This document shows, one piece after another, positions 48,901-57,900 of a stretch of DNA of 64,000 nucleotides. The position numbers and the translations under genes were made by a program. Each line of letters begins with the position of its first letter. Position 1 is the stretch's first letter. This DNA is from Podarcis erhardii (taxonomy: Eukaryota): NCBI GenBank assembly GCA_964252035.1, contig OZ176201.1; one strand, 5' to 3'. Under the pieces are notes generated by a model. That model was given only the letters and a program-made list of their open reading frames with translations, ran no database searches and was not told where the DNA came from.

Positions 48901-51900
48901 GGCTGGAGCAGCTCCCTGGCTGGTTTGTTTCTCCGATTTCTCTCCCCACCACCTTTAGGGCTGTTTAAATCTCTTGGAATCTGCAAATCAAATTTGAAAG
49001 CACAAATCCTCTGAATATTCAAATTTGCAATCACTGAATCTTTAATGAAATATGGCTAATGGAATTATTCATCTATGTTTGAATGTGTAACCATCCTCTT
49101 TTTGCTTGGAGCATTTTATGAAATAAAATGGAAACAGATGTTTTTGATTCCAAGGGATTGCGGGAGGATGCACACACTCGAGATATTCCTGGGGAATGAT
49201 GCCTGAGCTGAGACTCAGTGCTGAGTCTGAACAACACACCTTTTAAATCGTGCCCTTTCTTTTCCTTTCAACCAAAGCCATGCAACAAAATGACAAAGGA
49301 TTGATAGATATTGTTATTTAGAACACACGTTTTAATTATTTTAAAATAAGAGGTTGCATTGCACGGCAGTGGAGACAGCAATGAGGCTTGCTCACAAAGC
49401 AGACTTAAGGACAGGCTGCTAGGTGCACCATTACGGACATGGATATAACTTGAGAATATTTTACAGTTTACCATTTCAGACCTGCACGTAAGCAGCAAAT
49501 ATATGGTTGCTTGAAAACACAGTTGTATATTACAGTTGTGATTGTAGCAAAACATAAATTTTGCTTGCTGTGAAGTTTCCATTCTTTGTTAGCTATGTTT
49601 AGAAAAGATACGTGATCCTGAAGTTCAGCCAGAAGAGGAGGCCTAAGAGATAGTTTCATTTCGGACTGGGAAGGATGTTTTCTGGCAAAAACTCCACAAT
49701 TTTGTTCCCTACAGCCATAACTTCTTCCCTAACTCCAGATCCACCCAATGGATAAATAAATGAAGACACAGAACAAACACAGGATAACATAGACCATAGC
49801 TGGCTAATAGTTAAATAAGCCTTGATTGAAACTCATGATCAAATCCTCTTTTCTATTTGTTTCAAACTCCAGCCCTCTTGTGTCTCAGTTCAGGAAGCAT
49901 TCACCAGATCTATGTTGGTGTATGTGTCAGGTGCAAAGGTGGGGTGTGTGGGTTTGTTTGTTTTTAACACCGGATTTTTAAAATTGTGACTAAAAAACTG
50001 CAGGTACTAATGCAAAGAGTGCAGACATTGCAATGAGAACTCAGTTCAGCATGGCCTTTTCCAACTTTGGGAATTTCTCCTGTGGCTAGCTTTCTCAGAG
50101 GCAGTAGAAAGAACTGGCCTGAATCCTTTTCTTCGCAGATAGGTGAGCTTTTCTGCCTGAACGGGGATGTTTGAATTGGGAATTCTAGGCTGCAGCTATA
50201 TCCAAATTTAGGCCCCCTGGTTCCCAATACTACCTGTCCTCATCCCCCGTCCCCCATTACATGGGAAGAAAGTCCCCTTGATCCCTGCGGGACCATGTTG
50301 CTGACTTTATCACAAAATGCTAAATCTGCTGAGTTAGGAGCAATCACTCAGACAGCATCCTGTGGTTTTACCCTTCCCAGGACTTGGTAGAGCTTTATTC
50401 TGGGATACAGTGCCACAGGGTGGCGGCAGAAAACAAAGACATGCCTAAAATCCTTGGAGAGTGAGATTAATTTGGCCCGTGAATGCGCCAAACTGCGTTG
50501 GTAATCACCAGAGGCGATTCCTCGTGTGTACACGATTTTGGGGGCAGGGACCTTGGCTGTCTTCCAGCTGAATCCCAGCAGCAAATTGCTGATTGCTTCC
50601 GCCTGCGAATGATGCATGCCACCCCCACATGGAGGAGTCTGGGCTGCAGGCCACTTTAACAGCTGTCACCAGCCCTGGCACTAAAATTGCTAATTCTGTG
50701 ACCAGGGAGCCGTTCCTGTGGCAAGCAAATTCCTGACGCTACCAGGATTTCCTAAGCTAGCAACAAGGACGAACCTATTTTTTTTTGCCAGGAGTTCCTG
50801 GGGCTTTTGTGTCCTTGGCTTTGGCACCCTGATGACCTCGAGGTGGGCACTCTCCTTCTTGGTATTCTAGCGGAGAGGGAGACCTGCACCACAACAGGAG
50901 AAACGTGGGCCTGGTTTTGGGAAAAACCCTTCTGCCAACCCTCTTTTTCCCTAATGCTCAACACCTTTCATTAGCTTGGGCAGCGCCCCCTGCTAGCAGC
51001 AACTGGGGTGTGCGCCAAGGGCAGATTTGATAAAGTCCTTTGTTTTTTAATTTTCTTTTCTCCCTCATTTTGTATGTTTCCATGATTTTGGCACTGCCTT
51101 TCCCTGCCCTCCAAACTCCAGGAGGTACGTACCCCCATATCCCCTCGCTAGCTTTGCCGGGGCCAGGGGTGTGCTGCCATGCTTCTTTATTTTTCTGTTC
51201 TTTCGTTCTTTTAAATTGCTGGTGATTATTACTAGTCTTATCGCTGCTATTGCCACCGTTGCTAACTGGCTGCACAGTCCATGGGGAACTGGGGGACAGG
51301 TGGGATGGTGAGTGGGATTGGGGGGAGGGTGACGGGAAGGCGGAGTTTCCATGTCCTGTTTGGCCCATCCCTCAAAAAATTGCCCCAAAGAAGCTTCACA
51401 ACATGGCCAGGTCTGAGCCTGGCAGTATCTCTCTCCCCAGCTTTGTCAGTACCCTGGATTTTTAGGAGTCAGAATCACATTGTAGGATGCAGTGGTGAAG
51501 AACCAGCCTTTTGTCTGCCCCAAAGAGGCAGGGGGCAGGGAGGTCACTATGCCCCTCAAGAAGAGGCAGCTCCTCACGGCATGGACGTTGCTGTCCAGTA
51601 TGGCGCCTTTGCTTGAAAATGGCAGCGTGGCCACATCTCTCTGGGAACTGACACTGTGAATCCGGCCTGAGAAGGTGCATAGCCACTGAGCCTGGCTTGT
51701 TTTGCCAAGAAACTCTGCGTTCGCTGCTTAAGACTGGCTGCTTCCTGCTCCAGAAGGCCCAGCAGTGCAGCTACAGCGAGTGCACAGCTGCCATCATGAA
51801 ACCATCCAGGCATTGGTGATGCCTTATTACCAGCCCTGCAGCAAGCAGCTGGCAAACCGTGGTTCCTTATCCCAGCAGGGGTGGGGTGTCCATGCATGGC

Positions 51901-54900
51901 TGCGCTGGTGCTACCTGCACTTACTGCACTTGCCCCATTATATTACTGCAGGTCACATGACAAGCCCCACCCCATGCCTCCCAACATACCCACAGAACTT
52001 TCTATGCCCCGCTGAAAGCTCTTCCCCTTGGGTTTCCCCCCTTCCCATTAAGCTGGAAAAGGGCAAAGCTAGTATTAAGAGAAAGCCGCATTCCTTTCAT
52101 GGAGAAAATATCTCAGTACATTTCTATTAAAGATTTCTCAACCTCTTTTCATTTAAAATAATTCCCAAACCAAGAGATAAAGTTTAGAACTGCAGAAGCC
52201 TGGTTATTAACGTAGGACATTTGTCCTGAAGGGCTCTAAGAATTCGCAGGCAGCAGAAAGAAGGGGAGGCCTCTTGTAACAAGGACTAATGAAGTATTAA
52301 TTGTGCTAAGCTGATGCATGCTGGCAGCCGCATGGCATTGGAGTCCCAGTTGGTGGAGGGGAGAGGCCCAGAGAGCTAGGGAGACGCTGGCAGCAGTGAG
52401 CTGTTAAGATCTTGATTGGGTAACGCGTCATGGTTCTTACCACTCCATTTATAACACTGTAAATCCTTTCCAATCCTTATCCCGCCTAACTCTGCAACAA
52501 CCCTGTGGAGTAGGTCACTGCTTCCATTTTTAAGGGTAGGGAGGTGGAGGTGGAGACAGGGCCTTGGCCACCCAATGGTTCCATGGCTGATGAGTCTTTT
52601 GTGCCATCCTCTGGAGAACATTGACTCACGCCATCATAAACGAAGGGAGAATGTTAATTTGTTTAATGTGATAGAATCCCAGACTCGTAGAGTTGGAAGG
52701 GATCGCTAGGGTTATCCAGTCTAACCCCCTGCAATGCAGGAATGTTTTGCTCAATGTGCGGCTCAGACCCACTACTCTGAGATTAAGAGTCTCTTCCTCT
52801 ATCCCAGATGTATTAGCCTAAATTGGGGTTAGCTTTTTTAAGAGTTCCTTGGCAACCAGAATAACTTAAAACAAAGAATCAGCAGAAATTCTTGTGGCTT
52901 CATTCTCTGGAAGTCTCCAGACCACTAAAATATATATCCAAAGTATATATTGTATATTCCTGGCTTCTAAATTTAATGCCATGTCATGGCGGAGGAGGAA
53001 AAGCTGCATAACGAATGGGCAGGGTCTATTCCCTCAGCTTCTTAAAACTGACAGCAATTTGGAAAACCTCTCAAACAACGTTGCTTCATGAACATTTGGT
53101 AGCCGGCTTAAAAGATTTCAAAACTTTGTGGACTTGGCTTATAGCAGATGGGACACACTCATTGAACAGCAACCATGGCTAGAAACCACTGGTTAATATC
53201 CTGGTCTCATGAGCTTATTTATACTCGTCCTGAGGGAAAAATACTTTGGGTAATTCTAAGCTGGTTATCTCTTATTAGCAGCTTCGCTTGGGGGCTCCTT
53301 AACAGGCTGTGTGGGGTAATGACACTGCCCGCCCCCCGCTTTGTTCACAAGGCTGTTGTACCTCAGAAACTGTTCTAGCATGAAAACAACTTTGTGAGTA
53401 AAATTCCAACTTGGGTTTTTGCCTCAGACCCTTAACACAACCTGTTTGGAACTTGTACACACTAAAAAGCATCTTTTGTCTGGTGCTCCCTAGAGATGTT
53501 TCACTGTGTACTCTTCCGATAGGATGGTAGCAACCCTTCCTAACACCAGGTCAAACCATTGGTCCATACAGTCCAGTATTGTTTACTCTAAAGGTGGGGA
53601 ATTTCCAGCACATGAGCTAATCTCGGCCCACAAGGCCTTTCCCCACAAATCCTGGTCAGCTGAAGAGCGGAGTCTAAATCTTTCTGCTGGGAACAGGTGT
53701 GTATAGTCAAGGCAAGCAGAAAGTAGTGTTTTGCAAGCAAAGGCAGAGTGCTGGTGAAGTCCCCCTCCACTGGCTTTCCTTGCAAAACACACCTTTCTTT
53801 CTAGTGAGTGGATCCTCCTTTCAAGGGAGGGGAGTGGAAGCTGCTTCCATTTGCACTTTTCAGCCTTAAGACTGTGCTAAAGCACTTGCCTCTGAAAGTC
53901 TCCCCATCTTCTTATTGTAAACCCCCGACATAGGGTTTGAAGGGGAGTGACATGAAAGCTTGCAAAGCCATGCCTGTCTGCCATGTGACATTGTGTGATG
54001 GGTGGATCAGTAGCCCGGTCCACCTGTCAAACTTGTCCCATGAGGCCAATCTCATGGGCCTCTGTTTCCTCACCCTGGTCTACTCTTGACCGGCAGCAGT
54101 TCTCCAGTGTTTGGGGCTGAGAAGGGCCTTAAGATTCCTGGCATTCCTCGTAAAAGGCATGTGCCCCACCACCAGAGAGTGAGGATCCCTGCAGTGGCTC
54201 TTCTGAGAACGTTGGCAGTGGGCCACCCCATGATGCCAGGGGCTCCTAACAGGTGGGGTTTTCTGTGTTCCCTGGGGACTGTGGCAGGCACTATCTGGAG
54301 CAGTTGGCTTGTTTTGTCTTTTTTTCCCCTTTTCTTTCCCTTCTTGTGTTGCTGAATGAGGTCTCATTGTTGTATGTGCTGGTCTGTGGCTGTCAGGGCC
54401 TCCTTAGGAGGGGACTCTAGTGTTCTGCACCTTTTAAATCTTGTTGACTCATCTCCACTACCATGGGCTTGAGAGAGCAGCCAATGCTGACAGAAAATAC
54501 CCAAAGTTGTTGCCCTCTCCACCACTGAGATCTTTCCATCTTTGCCTCCCTGTCCTGTATTCCCCACCTCTCTTGGACGTGGTGTTGTTTGCAGCCTCTG
54601 ACTGGGGAGGCCAAGCGAGGAGGGCCTGCAGCTACAGCATTCTGTCGTTTTCACAAGTGAGGTGCAAGGTGGCTTTTGCTGGAGGTGGTCCTGGGGGTCT
54701 CTTGGTGTTCAAAACGACCCCCGCTGTATTGACTGGCGGTCGCAAGGTCTCTGACCCTGTACTTGGGATCTGAGCTGTCTGGTATGGATTCTTTTTATTA
54801 TCATTATTTTGGTGATGGCTTGTGCAAAAACTTTTTCCCAAGACCCTGGATTTGGATCCTGGACACTTGAGTTTCAGTGTCAATTTGGGAAGGGCCACTG

Positions 54901-57900
54901 GAGTCTCCTGTGTTTACTGATGGGATGGTGGGTGGGGGCATCTTTCTGAATGGGTTCCAGTTCTAAGCCAATCCCCCTCCCTCCCTCCCTCTCACCTCAC
55001 CCTGACTAAAAGTCACCAGAGCGGGATTCCATTGAACTTTTATTCTGAGATGGGCTTATACAGAAAAGACTTTCAGGTCATGTTTGTATTTCAGGCCCCG
55101 CCCCACACCCCGCCTTTTGGGTGGAGCTCTGGAGGCCCAACTTAAAAGCCACACTGGGGCAGGAAAGGGAATAGCTGATTCCTGTAGTTTCAATACTCAT
55201 CCCTTTTTAATCCTGAAGCTGTTGTTAAGCTCTGCTTCTTGCCTGGAACTGTATGTACCCGGGCAGGCAAGTCTCAGGGACAAGAACCCATAGCTGAGAA
55301 AGACTGTGTTTGTTGGTGTGTCTTTCTTTTTAAATTAGTTGGAGCTGGCTATGAGGCAGGATGCCTGGGTAGCCTCAGGAAAACAGAATCCCATGGAGCT
55401 CAGACTCTGACTAAGCTATGAGCTTTGTCCATAAAGAGCCTAAGTAGGTAGATCCCAGCACTAGCAGGACACTGATGCCTCTTCCTTCCCCAGCATGTCA
55501 GCAGATCCATGTCTGCTCCATAGTATACGCAGCAGGGCACTTCTCTTGATGACCACCACCTCTGCCTTCCGCCTGCCCCCTTCAGCTGCTATGCTCGCCA
55601 TGTAGCCACTGGCTGCTGCTGCTGCTGCTGCTGTGGTGTGTGGCTGGCTCTGCTTGCACTGCTGACGCCACTCGCTCTCTTACACCGCCTACTTGTGCCT
55701 GTAGGCTCTTAGCTCTGCCTTTGCCTTTGCCTTAGCTGCTCTTGTGCCCAGCACCCTCCTTTCGGCCTGGGCATGCATTGTCAAGCTTGCTTCTTCTCTG
55801 CGCAGGTGGCCGGGTGAAGACGTGGAAACGGCGCTGGTTCATCTTGACGGACAACTGCCTTTACTACTTTGAGTACACCACGGTGAGTGGCACAGAGTGC
55901 TCTCGTAAGTGTCCACGGACATGATCTCATGACGGGATTGCTAATGTGCAGTTTTGAAAGATGGACTATGGTATGTAGTCTTAGGCTCGTGTAAGAGTCC
56001 AGGACATGGGTTATCTGGAGTCAACAGCATAGCTGAGCTCTTACTGACTGGTGTGGGAATGGTGTAGAGCAGGCTTCCTCAACCCTGGCCTTCCAGATGT
56101 TTTGAGACTACTATTCCCATCATCCCTCACCACTGGTCCTGCTAGCTAGGGATCATGGGAGTTGTAGGCCAAAAGCATCTGTAGGGCCAAGGTTGAGGAA
56201 GCCTGGTGTAGAGGTACTGCAGACTTGGCTTTAATTATTTCATATAGACACACATACCACCTTTTCCCCCTGACAAGAATTCAAGGTGGCTTACACATTA
56301 CAATAAGAACAGCTAAAAACGTAGGAAGAAAAACTCTTAATTATTAAAAAGCAGTTAGTTTTAAAACTATAAAGGTTTGTTTAACTATCTAAACTAACGA
56401 TATATTATTAGAAAGGTACAGATAATTATGTTGAAAAAAGCATGGCACCAGCCCTTTGATTAAAAGCAAGTCAGTTGCCCAAAGCCTGTTGTAACAAGAA
56501 AGTCTTCAGCTGCTGGCGGAAGGACAGCAAGGAAGGAGCCAGTCAAACTTCTCTAGGGAAGGAGTTCCAGAGTCCGAGAGCAGCCACCACAAGGTCCTAT
56601 CCCACATCCCAAAGGTGCCTGTGAGGGTGGCAGGACTGAGAGAAGGGCCTCCCCCAAAGATCTCAGATCCTGGGCAGGTTTGTATGAGGGATTGTGGTCT
56701 TTCAGATAGCTAGGACCTAAACTGTATTGCGCTTTATAGGTTATATAACCAGCACTCTGAATTGTGCCTAGAAACAGACTGGTAGCCAGTAGAGCTGTTG
56801 TAACAAGGGGCTCTCTATAACCAGCCCCAGTCTACAATCTGGCTGCAGCTCTTTGAGTCAGATGAAGTTTCTGGACACTTTTCAAAGGTAGCCCCATGTA
56901 GAGTGTGTTATAGTAATTGAAACGGGATTCAACTGAGGCATGTGCCACTGTGGCCAAATCAGACATCTCAAGGGTATATATTGGGTGCAGCGCATTCTGT
57001 TGTGGACCCATGAAAGCGAATGCCCTAATAAAACAGTTAAGTCGGTCAGATGCCATGGTTGTGTTTGCAACAGTAGGCTACTCCTTTCAAATGAGCATTA
57101 AGGAGGAATCTGTCTGAGAGCAGTGTTCTTCCTGTTCAATGTTGGGATGGTAGAACCTGAACCAGCCTGGATGTGTCCGAATTAACAAATTGTTGTCTTG
57201 CAGGACAAGGAGCCACGAGGCATCATTCCCTTGGAGAATTTGAGTATCCGTGAGGTTGAAGATTCCAAGAAGCCTGTGAGTAAATGCCAGTGCTGGAGAG
57301 TAGGAAGTGCTCTCCACTTCCTACCTGGGGGGAGCCTAGGCTGCGGATACTGTGTGCATGTAAAAAGAAAGAAAAGGATGATACCAAGAAAAACTGAATT
57401 ATGCAAATCATTAACTAAGCTTGCCTACTTTTGTAGAGTCGATTCTGATTCTGCCATGGGGGAAGAGGCAAAGCTATGCAAGGACACCCAGCTGGCTACA
57501 GAAAAATCCTGTGCAGGGATAAGCCAGGCTTTTGAAACTTGATTCATCTTTTCTGCCCTAAGAGCAAAATGCTTGATGAGTTTAAGTGGATGTTGATGTT
57601 TGCAAGGTGATGTTAAACCTGCACACGGAGTACTATTTTCTGTGCTTTTGCAGTGCAGGATATGCACTGTCTTTTGGAGGTCTCCAAGGTGTTGAAGGAC
57701 CCTGTAGCATCTGAGCTGTTAGTGACTACACTTGGATAATGCTATCAGAGCTTAAATAGCCAAGATAGGAAAAAGCCCCATTCCTGTTCATTGCTAGTTC
57801 GCTCCTTCCTCTGCTCTGTGATCAATCCAACCAAAAAGTCTTCACCCATAGTTTCCTTGTTTGGATGAAATGGGGAAACTGTGGTTAATCAGTGATATTT

